NCBI GenBank assembly: GCA_951406725.2
Contig: OX597832.1
Span: 37,696,001 to 37,760,000 of the forward strand
Direction: 5' to 3'
Origin: Octopus vulgaris
Taxonomy: Eukaryota
DNA: 64,000 nucleotides
In this document: positions 42,459 through 56,889 of the stretch, in pieces
Numbering within the stretch: the first letter of the stretch is position 1
How the letters are laid out: the number at the start of each line of letters is the position of its first letter
Notes under the pieces: model-generated
The model's database searches: none
What the model was told of the DNA's origin: nothing
What the model saw: only the letters and a program-made list of their open reading frames with translations
Translations under genes and position numbers: made by a program

Positions 42459-42975
42459 GCACGCCCACGCACACACACATGTAAGTGCTTGGGTTCATGA
42501 AGCATTAAAAAGTGCATAATATAACACCAACACCACAAGGCATTTCGTCCGTTGTTCTACTGATTTGAAATTGAATCTTTATGTTGCCATTCAGGTGATT
42601 TCTCATATCAAAGAATATGGCTGCAAAATAATGGCATTACTGAGCTAATAATACACCGCTCACATACACGCACACACACACACATATCTATGTGTATGTA
42701 TCAGAATATATATGGATATAGATATTACAGATATAGATATTGATACAGATACATAATACATACACAGAGCTACATACATGGTACATACATTTCGGTACAC
42801 GCAAACATGTATATACGTAACTGTCGAACAATGAGAATGAGTGCTCAACACCGCATCGGTGGATAAAAATTTCTTTACTTGTGTATTAAAGCTACCATTG
42901 GTTTCATGCTAAGAAAGACATCTTAATATCTTAACAATTTTTCAAGCCGATTGTATGGGGTGGGGGAAGATGTTA

Positions 42976-43028
<53 letters not shown>

Positions 43029-43631
43029 CAATTATGCATGTTTGTTTGTATTTGTATTTGTATGAATTTCTACTGACCTCTGATAAAGTGATATTGCAGG
43101 TTACTTCAGTGTTTAGAATTTTTCAGACAAAGTCTATAGTTTCGGGATCTGTTGAACTAAGAAATACAGAAGAATCTTATCGAAATTGCTACATGGTACC
43201 TTGATCCCATTAGTCATCGAATTTTCCAGAATTACGAACAGAAGGTAAAAGTTGTTTCTGTCCCCTAGTCTAAATGACTGCATATACTGACGACAACGCC
43301 CCTTAAAAATGTTCACGATGAATCACATATAATTCCTTTCGATTTGGGAATATAACTAAAGCAAATTTTTTTCATGGATCCTTTAATATTCTACTGTGCG
43401 TCCCTAATTTACTTTTTCGCATGCGTGGATCTCAGGGGTCATATTGACCCCGTTTGGAAACACACACTTATAGATGATCGGAACATTAGTTCTTTGGAAA
43501 TAGAGAATTCTATGGCGTTGTATACCGTCTTCACTACAAACATTGCAATATCAACCTCCTCATCTTACGAAATTACCAAACTAGCCTCTGTCACAAGCAA
43601 CATCAATAGTATCGCTATGCTTGGATCCATC

Positions 43632-44087
43632 ATGTTTCAAATTTTGGCACAAGGCCAGAAATCTTTTTCGGGGTTGGGGGTTTAAATCGATTGCATCGAC
43701 TCGAGTACTCCGCTGGTACTTGTTTTATCTATTTCTTTACTACCCACAAGGGGCTAAACACAGAGAGGACAAACAAGGACAGACAAACGGATTAAGTCTA
43801 TTATATCCAATTTTTTAATTATTACCCAAAAGGGGCCAACAAAGAAGGGACAATACAAATCGGGGAACTTAAAAATAACACAAGTGGATGAAAAATAAGA
43901 CGAATAAAATTAGGAAAATAATGTCTATTATATCGACCCAAGTGCGTAACTGGTACTTATTTAATCGACCCCGAAAGGATGAAAGGCAAGGTCGACCTCT
44001 GCGGAATTTGAACTCAGAACGTTAAGGCAGACGAAACGCCGTTAAGCATTTTGCTCGGCGCGGTAGTGTTTCTGCCAGCTCGCTGCC
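43632..44087 (-). mobile_element. SINE family B copies; head 43926-44087, tail 43728-43800, separated by a ~125-bp insertion
   Basis: Matches 10711-10946. Confidence 0.85.
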
Positions 44088-44684
44088 CCACCTGGATCCC
44101 ATCATTGCTAACAACACACAAGCGCTACCACCACCACCACCACCACCACCAACACCACCACCACCACCACCATTATAACCAGCTCAGCTATCACCACAAT
44201 TATTTGTCTTACCCCATAGACATTTCTATCAGGAGCAACATTAATGTCATCACTAAGGACTTCATTATCCGTGTTGCCAGCATCACCGTCGCCGTCATCA
44301 TCATCATCGTCTTCCCCAGCATCAACATGACACCTGCTACCGCCATCACCATCACCATCACCGCCGCCATCTCTCTATATCCGGTCTGATGTTCCCACCA
44401 TAATTCAATCACTTTTCTATGGCTGCCATTTTTCAATTTCCTCTTGATATCAGTTTTTATACAGAAATCGATAGTGTTATCAGGAGAGATCGATAATAAT
44501 CAATGGAAATATTCAATAGTAGCTTGTTTTCTTCTGTGATAGTAATGTGGAATGACTATGTATCGAAGTATGAGACGTATTTATTAAATATTGAAAGACT
44601 AACATTTAGAGCACGTACTTAATATATGTAAGCGTGTGCGAGTGGATACATGTGTGGGCGCATATGTGTGTGTGTGTATGTATG

Positions 44685-44743
<59 letters not shown>

Positions 44744-44752
44744 TATTATATA

Positions 44753-44914
44753 GGCGCAGGCGTGGTTGTGTGGTAAGAAGCTTGCTTCCCAACCACATGG
44801 TAAAGAGCTCAGTCTCACCGCGGGGCAACTTGGGCAAGTGTCTTCTACTATAGCCTCGGGCCGACCAAAGCCTTGTGAGTGGACTTGGTAGACGGAAACT
44901 GAAAGAAGCCCGTC

Positions 44915-44987
<73 letters not shown>

Positions 44988-45082
44988 TGTATGTATATGC
45001 ATGCATGCATGTATGTATGTATGTATATATGTATTTATGTCCCCCCACCATTGCTTGACAATCGATGTTGGTGTATTTACGT
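44753..45082 (+). mobile_element. SINE family A with complete head
   Basis: ggcgcaggcgtggttgtgtggtaagaagc tRNA-like head; CORE-like cttgggcaagt; internal microsatellite; tail ccccaccattgcttgacaatcgatgttgg. Confidence 0.9.
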
Positions 45083-45194
45083 TCTTCATTTTCAAATATA
45101 GTCCTCGAAAGACGGAAATCCTTAATTAGACACACACGCAGGTTTGAAAAACAAACGAATTACGTCCCTACTCACTGCCAAACCTTTCTTGATA

Positions 45195-45251
<57 letters not shown>

Positions 45252-45794
45252 CATTTTTTATTCACACATACATATTCATAATGAAAGTATAGTTATAAGT
45301 GTATATATAAGTGTATGTTTGTTTGTATGTTTATACACACACACACATACATATAAGAAACCAATAATATTATTTAGCTGATGATAACGAGAGATCTGCG
45401 TAGATGAATACGAGAATGTCTTCTAAAGCAATAACTAATATACTAATATTAGACTGTAACTTCTCCATAAACAAGACCCGAAAGAGTTTCGGGGATCATA
45501 AATAGAATATGAACAGCAACACAACAGGGTAAAGTAACAACACTACATACATATATATATATCAAATATCAGTCGTTACAACATGTAAAATCTTGCAATA
45601 AAATTAATGAGATACGTTGCCCGCTCGGCAGTTGACAACGTCCTGATATATCAGGCGTTAATAAACATTTTCGACTGACAGTTTAGTTTTTATAGACAAG
45701 TGACAGGACTCACATAACTTTATATTCGATTCCTTATATTCAGTATATGTTTTAAAATATTTAAAAATAGGAAGAAAAAAAACCGCATCAATAG

Positions 45795-45940
45795 TATGGT
45801 ATATTGGTATATCGATCTAGTGAGTAATCGATACATTAGTAAATTGATCTATTGAAATATCAATCCATTGGTGCATTGGTACATTTGTATATTGGTACAT
45901 TTGTATATTGGTGCATTGGCCATTGGATATATTGGTATAT
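45795..45940. repeat. Degenerate 8-bp minisatellite (yattggtr)
   Basis: cattggtg cattggta catttgta tattggta catttgta tattggtg. Confidence 0.75.
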
Positions 45941-46224
45941 AATCGATGAACTGATTATATTGACCTACAGCCAACAAAGTTTCAACAGTAGTAACCTGGA
46001 CTTGGATTCTGCTTTAAGCACCCCATATAGGCTCTCGTAACTTTTTGCATTTTTTGGAAATTTTAGGAAAGTTTTGCGAATCTGTGTTCTACACACGGGA
46101 ATTCATACGATCATGCAAAACATTCTTTTTAAATTAAAAATTGTTTTAGCGCCCCCTCACCCCTATCCCATCTTTTAAATCCCCAAAAATTTTCGAATTT
46201 ATATTGTTTTTAATCAGTGTTTAA

Positions 46225-46445
46225 CCCTTTAGCATTTAAACCGGCCATATCCTGCCAAAAGTGTTCTGCCTGTTTTATGTTCAAACTGGCCAGATCTGGT
46301 CTCTCACACCAACCCTACAATATCGTTTTAAAAATTAACAGCTACCTCATCAAAATCTCATAGCTACAAGATAATGCCTGATTAGTTCAAGGCAATGTGG
46401 ATAAAAAAGGATTAATTTTGGCAGAATAATGCGAACACTAAAGGG
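46225..46445. mobile_element. piggyBac-type MITE
   Basis: TTAA|ccctttagcatt ... aacactaaaggg|TTAA. Confidence 0.85.
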
Positions 46446-47019
46446 TTAAAATATGGACGGTCCGCTGTTTATTTTTTTTTTAATTAATTTGTTTTATTTT
46501 TTACTTGAGTCCTAAGACTCGTAAGACTGATAATCCAGTTTCCATCCCCTGAATGGGTTGACGCTCTGCTGCAGGGTTCAAAGTCATCCATTTTGAAGGG
46601 AGGGGACAAGTTGATTACATCAACCCCAGGACTGCATGCGTGGTGAAATCAACTTCATTTCATTATATACAATCTCTTCGTGGAGAGAAAGAGGAGGTTT
46701 AGCCTGATCGGTTTCAAGCCCCTTTTGGTATCTCGGACACTATAGTAGGTCTATGAATATATTATCTGATGGGTTCTTCCGTCTGAAACGGTAAGCAAGG
46801 TTTGAAGTGATATTAAGCTGTTATTTCTAGCAGGTTAAGAGACTTAATTAGAAGGTAAAATAATGGCTTATTTTGATGCGGTTGCATTTGGTAAAGCTTG
46901 AAATGGGGGGAAATTGTTGCTTATTTCAACATCAGCTTTGACCTGAAAACCTATAATAGAAGTGTTATATCAGTGGTCAGCACACTGTTCATTTATCGAG
47001 CCGGATCTTCCTCTATCTT

Positions 47020-47340
47020 TTACTTGTTCCACTCATTGGACTACGGTCATGCTAGGGCAACGTTTTAAAGTATTAAGTCGAACAAATGAACCACAGTCCT
47101 TATTTTCATGTCTGGAACTTATATTGTGTCATTCACTTTTGTCGAATCACTAAATTAAACTGACGCAAACAAAGCAATACTGGTTGCTTCTACAGAGATC
47201 CTGCATACCAAATCCCATCATAAGGCTATCATGTCGGCTCTACACTATTGTAGAAATCAATTTCCTAAGATACTGCACACAGGTAATGAACCCGAAATCA
47301 CAAGATTGCAAAGCGAGCTTATTAATCACACAGCCATTTC
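47020..47340 (-). mobile_element. SINE family A, highly diverged
   Basis: tcattggactacggtcatgct tail; tgaacccgaaatcac...cacacagcca head. Confidence 0.6.
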
Positions 47341-47853
47341 AGATTGCTTTATCAATTTATGTTACCTTTATTTAGGGTGACTGCGACGGCGTTCTGTACT
47401 ATTTGTGTGTGAACGGGGGAGCATTTAGAGGTCTCAAGATGTCTCAGACAAAAACCCAGTTAATACATTACGTAACAAATTAATGGTGGCAGTAATCAAA
47501 GAAAGTAATAAAAAAAGTCAAACACAGGAAGTGACGTAATAGAAATTATAACAATAGGACGCTCGGAAGAGAAAACTTGAAAGAAAAACAAAACTTGTGC
47601 TTTAAACACTAATCTTTAAATTCAGCAGAATGTTAAATGTCGTATCGAGTACAGAAGAAATGTTACGACCTGAAAAATCTGTGAAACGTAAAGACAAATG
47701 GAGAACATTATGACCATTTATATAGTCGCATCTCATATATATATATATATGTGTGAACATATATATGTATGTATATATATATACATATATATGTATATAT
47801 ATATATGCATATATATATATATACATACATACATACATACATACACACACACG

Positions 47854-47908
<55 letters not shown>

Positions 47909-48020
47909 ACGCACACATATACTTATTTAGATATACATGTGCGCATATATGTATGTAGAACCAGACACAGATATGCCCAATAATATAACTTAGAGGTGTA
48001 ACGGGGGAAGAGATAGGTAG

Positions 48021-48059
<39 letters not shown>

Positions 48060-48118
48060 TAATGTAAGTAGACGTCCAAGGTTTATAATACATATGCGCA
48101 TATGTGTATGTGCATATT

Positions 48119-48152
<34 letters not shown>

Positions 48153-48526
48153 CATACATATATATATATATAGCATACACGCACACATATACGTGTGTGT
48201 TTGTGCGTGTGTATGTTTGTGCATATGTTTGCGTATGTACATTTATATCTACAGATTAATATAACAATTTGAATATTTAAATAGAAGTGATAAAGGGAGA
48301 GAGAGGAAAGGGTGAATGATAGCAGATAGCAAAGTATGCAAAATTGAATTTAAAACTAAAAAAAAACAAAAAAAGGAAAAAAAACAACAAATAAAAAACA
48401 AAGAAGAAAAATCCATCTGCAAGACGATGGGGGCGATGTTGAATTTAACAACGACGAAGACGGCGACAGCAATGGCGGCGATGACAATGATGATCATGAT
48501 ACTGATAATTATTGGAGGCTGCAATG

Positions 48527-48597
<71 letters not shown>

Positions 48598-49322
48598 GGT
48601 GGTGATAGATTTGTTTTTTTCTTGTCATTTTATTTTATTTTACTTTCTCCCCTCTCTGCTTTATGAATCTACATTAACGTGAAATTGCCAAGTGTCTAAG
48701 AAATAAAAGAAAGCTTTTTAGCGAACATAAAAATGGTGGAAGTGAACAAAAAAAAGAAAGAAAAAAAGCAAAAACAAAAAAAAGACGTTGTCTTTATTAT
48801 AATTGTAGGTGTGTGTGCAGTGTATGAGACAGTCCATATATATATATATATATATGTGTGTGTACGTGTGTATATGTGTGAATATGTGTGTCTGTCTGTA
48901 TATGTATGAATATATATGAATGAATATATATGAGTATATGTACGCGTATTTATTAGTTTCACATTTGTTACATGTGTGTAAGGGATTTCCCAAGTATATA
49001 TATACAGCCACTTTAGGAGAATACACACATATACACACACAAACATACGAGCATACACACACAGGCATACAGACAAATGCACATACACATGCAAATACAC
49101 ACACACACAAACACACACTACTATGTTGAAACGTTTCCATATTGAAACAGTTCAATATACCAAATTGCATACATATCCATGTGCGTTTCCATTCGTGTAT
49201 ACAAATATATTGTGTATATAATTCTATAGACAGAATAGCAGTCTGGACTTCTGTTTAATTAACCCTCACCACACACATACATATACAGGTAATGAGAAAA
49301 TGAGCGGTACATATATGTATTC

Positions 49323-49367
<45 letters not shown>

Positions 49368-49514
49368 AAAAGCAATAAAGATTCAAGTTAATTTAAAAGA
49401 ATTTACTTGAATATGGTACCTAACTTAGATGCACCAAAAAAAACTATACTGATTTAACAATACAGTAATGTGGGGTGATTATAAGCGAGAATGAAGCAAC
49501 AAGAATGGATAGGT

Positions 49515-49605
49515 TTTTAGTACAATCGTTTCATACAAGGACAGGTTTTATTAAAAGTTGCAAAAATTACAGCATATAAACGTGTCCCGTACTCATCAGC
49601 TAAAA
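49515..49605 (-). ncRNA. Type I hammerhead ribozyme (mirror copy on the left arm)
   Basis: Reverse complement of 49959-50049. Confidence 0.78.
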
Positions 49606-49958
49606 TACATGTGAGTTCTCTAGACATCCTAGTGGTTGAGGCTATACTCATGAAGTAATGTAGATAATTAAGTAACATAAACAGATTTCAAAAGTTCATT
49701 CAAGTTCTTTAAAGATGATGTACAGTCTTATCACAGAATTTTAAAAAAAGTCTTAATAGCATCACAGAGAAGGTGACCCAGAGAAGGGTCACCTTCTCTG
49801 TGATGCTATTAAGACTTTTTTAAAATTCTGTGATAAGACTGTACATCATCTTTAAAGAACTTGAATGAACTTTTGAAATCTGTTTATGTTACTTAATTAT
49901 CTACATTACTTCATGAGTATAGCCTCAACCACTAGGATGTCTAGAGAACTCACATGTA

Positions 49959-50049
49959 TTTTAGCTGATGAGTACGGGACACGTTTATATGCTGTAATTT
50001 TTGCAACTTTTAATAAAACCTGTCCTTGTATGAAACGATTGTACTAAAA
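49959..50049 (+). ncRNA. Type I hammerhead ribozyme, canonical core, long stem II
   Basis: ttttag-CTGATGA-gtacgggaca...tgtccttgtat-GAAAC-gatt-GTA-ctaaaa; 6-bp stem I, minimal stem III. Confidence 0.8.
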
Positions 50050-50101
50050 ACCTATCCATTCTTGTTGCTTCATTCTCGCGTATATATATATATATATATA
50101 T

Positions 50102-50362
50102 ATAAATGAAAGAATGGAGTTGAACGACAAATTAACAAAATTCCTTTATTTTATTTTCGACATATGTTTGTTAATTCGTTGTTCAACTCCATTCTTTCAT
50201 TTATTTGTGTTTAAAAAAACACACAAATTTCCACACGATAGCACGTGATCTCTGCCCTAGGCATGTAACTTCAACCGTGTTTTTCTGACGTGAATTTGCT
50301 ACCCAGGTATCGGTTAACCGAATTATCCATAATAAGATAATTCATTCAACTACTCAATTATT
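50102..50362. mobile_element. P3-related fold-back element (38-bp arms 50102-50139 and 50167-50204)
   Basis: Shares aatggagtt, ttcgacatatgttt and tttgctaccc.ggta with P3; (TA)n on both sides. Confidence 0.75.
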
Positions 50363-50996
50363 TATATATATATATATATATATATTCTTCTCCTGGACGG
50401 GCTGCCTGTCCTTCGCAGATCAATCCTATTTGCTAGTTGAGTGGATAGGAGCAACGCGAAATGAAGTGTTATTTTTTTTGTTTTGAACAACACAACTCAA
50501 CGCCAACTCCATTTTGAGTTCAGCTAATGTGTCGATTATATTATGTGATACATTCTGTAGCCTCATAAACTAAGAGTTTCTTATACGTATACATAATGAA
50601 ATTCTACTTATTTGGCAGCGTGTGCTCTTGTTTCTTATATATGCTGCATTCACTGTGTGTGAACGTGTGTTTGTGTGTTTGTGTCCTTTTGGCTCTAAAC
50701 TTTTGCAAACGCGAAACAATGTATAAGAAAAATGGACAACACTACTGTCCCATTCGAAACTTCCATATTCAATAGCATAGAGCTACCGAAGCTCTGAAGA
50801 GTCTTTTATATACTCACTTGATATGTTAGAAATAATAACCAAATTCTCTTTTTAATCATACTCTACGTTCTAAAATCAATTCAACGTACAATGTAATCTT
50901 TTATGTGCAAAGGGGATTGTCATAGTTGGGTTATTTTGACCACAGATCAGCTCAAAGAAATATATCTGGGGTTAAACAACAACAACAACAACAACA

Positions 50997-51080
<84 letters not shown>

Positions 51081-51387
51081 CCTGCTGCTGCTGCTACATC
51101 TGCTGCTTAGAGTAATTACCTCTATGGCATTGTTGCCGCTTGATCTCAGTCGGGATAATTTAAACAAACAAGATATTTGAACGAAAATTTGCATATGATT
51201 TGGAGTAAATATTCTTGAAAGGCCAACAGAAATACACAAGACAGGCATCGGGAACAGTAACAGAGAGAAAGGAAGGGCGAAGGGAGGGGGTGAGAGATGA
51301 GGAAAATCCGAAATCCATTGAAAGTGTGAAAGTCTGTGTAGGTTAATCCATTAAATGTATTAGACTGATTCCCTATGAGAAATGAAA

Positions 51388-51424
51388 GGCCGAACGTTTC
51401 GGACATCTGTCTTCTGTCAAATAA
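51388..51424 (-). ncRNA. Degenerate minimal hammerhead-like motif
   Basis: Minus tt-TGACAGAA-gac(agat)gtc-c-GAAAC-GTT; stem I lost. Confidence 0.3.
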
Positions 51425-51769
51425 AATGGTATGGAGGCCAAAGGGACTATTGCATTAGCCTCTACGAAGGTATATAGCATAGATATTTTGTATGTAGAAG
51501 AAGTGGACTTAACAGCCATAGCTATGATGGTAAAACAAAAGATAAAGTGCAGGTAGAGGAAAAGATAAGAGAGACAGTGTGGAAGATAGACTCGGAAAGG
51601 GACATTCAGTGAGTAAGACAGAGGAGAGGAATGAAAGAGAGAGAGGGAGAGGTTGAGAGGAAAAGAGAGAAAGGGGAGAGTGGAAACACTAAATAATACA
51701 GAGTTAAAAATGGATGGAACATTCAGCAATCAGGCAGGCAGATAAATAGGCAGACAGACAGTGAAATAG

Positions 51770-52062
<293 letters not shown>

Positions 52063-52292
52063 GTGAGAGAAATGGTGAGAAAATCAACAAGTTAAACAAG
52101 CAAATAATCTATTGATAGTGAAGAAACGAACGAATCAATAAATGGATAGTGGAATCGATCGTGGGACGGGCGAGATTCCAACACAGCTATTAGTAATCGA
52201 CAATCATAGATCTAACTGATCACTGTTATAGCCACATCATGATCATCATTATCATTACCATCACCATCACCATCATCATCATCATCATCATT

Positions 52293-52353
<61 letters not shown>

Positions 52354-52468
52354 ACATCACAACAATTCTGACAATATGAGTATGATGAGCAATGCCTATC
52401 TTAGCAACAGTTTGTTTTTCTTCAAAACACACCCACATGCATACATACATACATACATAGTGTGTGTA

Positions 52469-52512
<44 letters not shown>

Positions 52513-52596
52513 CGTACATAGTGTGTATATATATATGTATATATGACGAGCTGCATCGGTACTATGGTGTAGGATCACCACCACCACTACAGCCGC

Positions 52597-52627
<31 letters not shown>

Positions 52628-52826
52628 ACCACCACCACCACCACCACCACCACCACCACCACAACCACCAGCGCCCATTTGTTCCCCGTAAGCACACACA
52701 GTTAATGCAATATTGATGGCGATCCTTTCTTCCCTTCACTAATAAATATTTATTTATTAATAACAACAACAGCAACAACAATACGAACAACACTGCTGCT
52801 GTGCTTTAGTGATGATCAAACGAAAA

Positions 52827-53120
52827 GGAGGAGGAGGAGGAGGAGGAGATGAAGGAGGAGGAGGAGAAGAAGAAGAAGAAGAAGAAGAAGAAGAAGAAGA
52901 AGATGATGATGAAGAAGAAGAAGATGATGAAGAAGAAAAAGAAGAACAAGAAGAAGAACAAGAAGAAGAAGAACAAGAAGAAGAAGAAGAACAAGAAGAA
53001 GAAGAAGAAGAACAAGAAGAAGAAGAAGAAGAAGAAGAAGAAGAAGAAGAAGAAGAACAAGAACAAGAAGAAGAAGAAGAAGAAGAAGAAGAAGAAGAAG
53101 AAGAAGAAGAAGAAGAAGAA
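52827..53120. repeat. (GGA)n/(GAA)n triplet tract
   Basis: Direct reading. Confidence 0.95.
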
Positions 53121-53305
53121 GCGTTGTAGATTTGCTGATGTTCTATTTGAATTCCTGCAGGTTAATGTCACTAATAAGAATACAGTTGGCGGGGGCCATG
53201 TTTCGGTGGGATTTTTGAGAGTGGGGTGAAGAAGGACTGTTCAAAGTATGTGATGAATGGGTTCGCATAGTATTTCGGCCGCGATACGACGACCACAACC
53301 ACCGT

Positions 53306-53350
<45 letters not shown>

Positions 53351-53455
53351 CTCTTTACAGATATGGAAAACGCCAATAGATTTCATTAATCTTAGCTCCC
53401 GACTTTGAGATATATCTTATACACACACACTCACAAACAACCATATACATAGACG

Positions 53456-53497
<42 letters not shown>

Positions 53498-53969
53498 TAC
53501 ACACCCATGCAGGCACAACCATAAAGGTCAAACAATATTCCATTCTGTACCCAAAAGAGATAAGAGAGGTCTATATTTTATGAGAAACACCTGGTGAATA
53601 TAACCTCGATTTTAATGAATACGACTTTTTCAGTTACTCAGCTATTTAACCACTCCCTTCAGCAAGTGATTCAAGACAATAGTTTTAGATCTGGCTGTAA
53701 GTATTAGAAAACTGGGATACGATGTTCATCTATGCATTCTTATATGTCTGAGGAGCGGAGCATTGAAGTGTTCAAGTACACAATATTTGGTGTTAAGAAA
53801 GGCGGCGAACTGGTAGAAACGTTAGCACACACCCTGTGTGTGATGATTGTGGCCTGGTTGTTGTCATGTACGTCGTATGGCACATGATTATAACATCAAT
53901 TGTTAGTTTTAATGTTGTAATGTTGGCATCTTGTCCAACGGCTCACTGTCTGTATATATATTCGTGTCT

Positions 53970-54012
<43 letters not shown>

Positions 54013-54065
54013 GTTTTGGCAAGGACTGGGCAGTCAGAGATGATGTGGTCAGCTGTCCACATATG

Positions 54066-54216
54066 TGACGGGCTTCTTTCAGTTTCTGTCTACCAAATTC
54101 ACTCACAAGTCTTTGGTCGGCCCGAGGCTATAAAAGAAAACACTTGCCCAAGATGCCACGCAGTGAGAATGAACCTGGAACCATGTGGTTGGTAAGCTAT
54201 CTACTTACCACACAAC
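54066..54216 (-). mobile_element. SINE family A head
   Basis: gacgggcttctttcagtttc...cacttgcccaag...tgaacctggaaccatgtggttgg. Confidence 0.85.
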
Positions 54217-54699
54217 CTCTCCTAAGCCTACAAGCCACTCCTACACCTTTTTGTTTAACTTTCTATTATTGTTGTTGTTGAGTGAGAGAGTAACACATGC
54301 CATCAGAATGACACTGGAGTACAAATATACCAAGCCTAATAAACCAATCATAACCACCCGTCTGATAAGGGTACACCAGGCACATGCATCAAAACCCATA
54401 TATGCACGACATATCAAGATAATCGGTGCATGACCTTGCAGGTGGGGCCCAGTCAATCTTCTTGAAGTCGAGTAGCCCATTCCACTCAAAAGGTTCCTGA
54501 AGAATGATTTTTAAACGAAATAATGAAGCACTCATTTCCAGAGGTGAATTATTCAAACTCAAAAAGAGTTCCTCTCAACATATGGCCAGATGGCTATATG
54601 ATGCTCCCCCACAACGTCTACTTGTGATCAGCCACTAAGGGACACACCTCAGCTAGTTAAGGTCAAGCAACTGAAAAGTAAATCTGTGGTATTGAGCAC

Positions 54700-54780
<81 letters not shown>

Positions 54781-55075
54781 GGGGGCGAGCTGACAGAATC
54801 GTTAGCACGCTGGTCAAGACTCTTAGCGCTATTTTGCCCGTCGCTAGGTTCTGAGTTCAAATTCTGCCAACGTTGATTTGCCTTTCATCCTTTCAGGGTC
54901 GATAAATTAAATACCAGTGAAATTCTGGAGGTGATGTAATCAACTAGTCCTCTCCCACAAAACTTCAGGTCGGGATTGATAAAGTAAGTACCACCCAGTC
55001 GAGCACCGAAGTCGATGTAATCAGCTAAACCCCTCCTCCAAAATTTCAGTTCTTGTGCCAATAGTAAAAAGGATT
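54781..55075 (+). mobile_element. SINE family B with a tandem partial duplication of the body
   Basis: ggcgagctgacagaatcgttagcacgc...gagttcaaattc...cctttcatcctttcagggtcgataaa. Confidence 0.85.
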
Positions 55076-55299
55076 ATTGTAATTATTGTTGTTGTTGTTG
55101 TTCTGTTTCTGAACATACGCTTAGGATACCATCTGCATTTACATTCCTGCAGGTTATTCCGTTCAACAACTGTCAAAGATTTTGCCATCTTCAGTCATCG
55201 GAGAGAGAGAAACCAGAAGCATAGAGGTGGAGAAATATCCCCCAGTCGAGGATATTACTACTTTCCAATTTGTCAAAAATGAAAGAAGGATCAGCGTGA

Positions 55300-55355
<56 letters not shown>

Positions 55356-56204
55356 TATAGATCTATATGTGTATGTGGGGGAGGAGGTCCATATATGTAT
55401 GTCTAGTGTCTGTCAGTCGTTATTTTTTTGTATTATTTTTGTATTTATATTCGTGTAACATCGTCCGTTTTTCCGTCCTTGTTTCGTATATATTCGAAGC
55501 TTTTTTCCAAGGAATCTAATGCTCTTAGCTTAGTTTTACCTTGGGGCTGGCCAGATTGGAGCAATCTCAGCCGAAATTGCGAGGATGATCCGGTTCTTGA
55601 CTGCGTTTCTTGTATGATCTTCGGGATGTTTTGCGTTCTTGTCCCATTTTGTATTTTTTTATATGCATATATACATATACGGATATGACGCTATAACAAG
55701 TATATATCATATGTGTGTATGTTTCTGTGTGCGCTTTGTACACGTGTGAGCGATTGCGTGTGTGCACGGGTGCGTGCTTTACTGTATATATATATATGTG
55801 TGTTTAATTAACAACGTGTTTAAATCGAAGCCATGTTCAAACGCAGATATCTCTGTATATGTATCAGCCAGGTTCTGTGACAACAGCCGAAAGAGCAGCT
55901 TTTTAACACATTTTACTTTCCTGCTTCCTCTATGTAATTCGATTTTAATTGCCATTGAACAGTTTCTTACACAAGGCGAAGGTGTTTCTAACCCTATGCA
56001 CACATGCACGTGCGCTCGTGTGTTCGGGATACAAATGCATTAAGTATGTAAATATATACATGTACATATATATATATATATATATAACTAAAAAGTTACT
56101 TGGAGGATAAGAAACGACGCGAGGCGCTCAGTCATATAATAACAATTTAACAAATAAAACATATACATACATACATATATGTACATACCTATATGTACAT
56201 ATAT

Positions 56205-56299
<95 letters not shown>

Positions 56300-56300
56300 C

Positions 56301-56339
<39 letters not shown>

Positions 56340-56738
56340 CAGAGTATTTTAGATATACATTTATATGCACTTCTATTCGCATACATACGTACATACACGC
56401 ACATACGAATATATATACATATACACACATATATAAAAATGTTTGTATATGTGTATATATGAGGGTGTATGTATATATATATATATATCAGGTATTGCAT
56501 GGACAACATGACAATCATTATGAGTTATCTTCCAAAGTGACAGCTGCTATATTATGTTGAATATATACAAGTGTATACCATTGAATATAGGTATGTCAAA
56601 CTGATGTGTGTGTAATATGTAAACACTGATTTGGAGAGGCGTTTATATTCACAGAAAAACATACAAACACATAAAGATAGCGAATAGCAACCTATTTAGA
56701 ATCATATATACATGTATGTGTAAATGTGTGTATGCATG

Positions 56739-56788
<50 letters not shown>

Positions 56789-56851
56789 TATATTATAAAA
56801 ATATATTTATATATGTGTGTGTGTGTGTGTGTGTATATACATACACATGCA

Positions 56852-56889
<38 letters not shown>

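Larger units (their letters stand above)
49345..50079. mobile_element. Fold-back PLE-terminus-like element P5: 295/294-bp inverted arms plus 140-bp left extension, between (TA)n tracts
   Basis: 49485-49779 is the reverse complement of 49786-50079 apart from a 1-nt homopolymer indel; 6-nt spacer. Confidence 0.93.

Noticed and set aside
45375-45426. ttag-ctgatga...gaatac...gtc..ctaa possible hammerhead
   Set aside because: GAAA box is broken and stems II/III are out of register; too degenerate to call
52809-53229. Poly-Glu / poly-Lys ORFs
   Set aside because: Pure (GAA)n tract with no flanking domain or splice support
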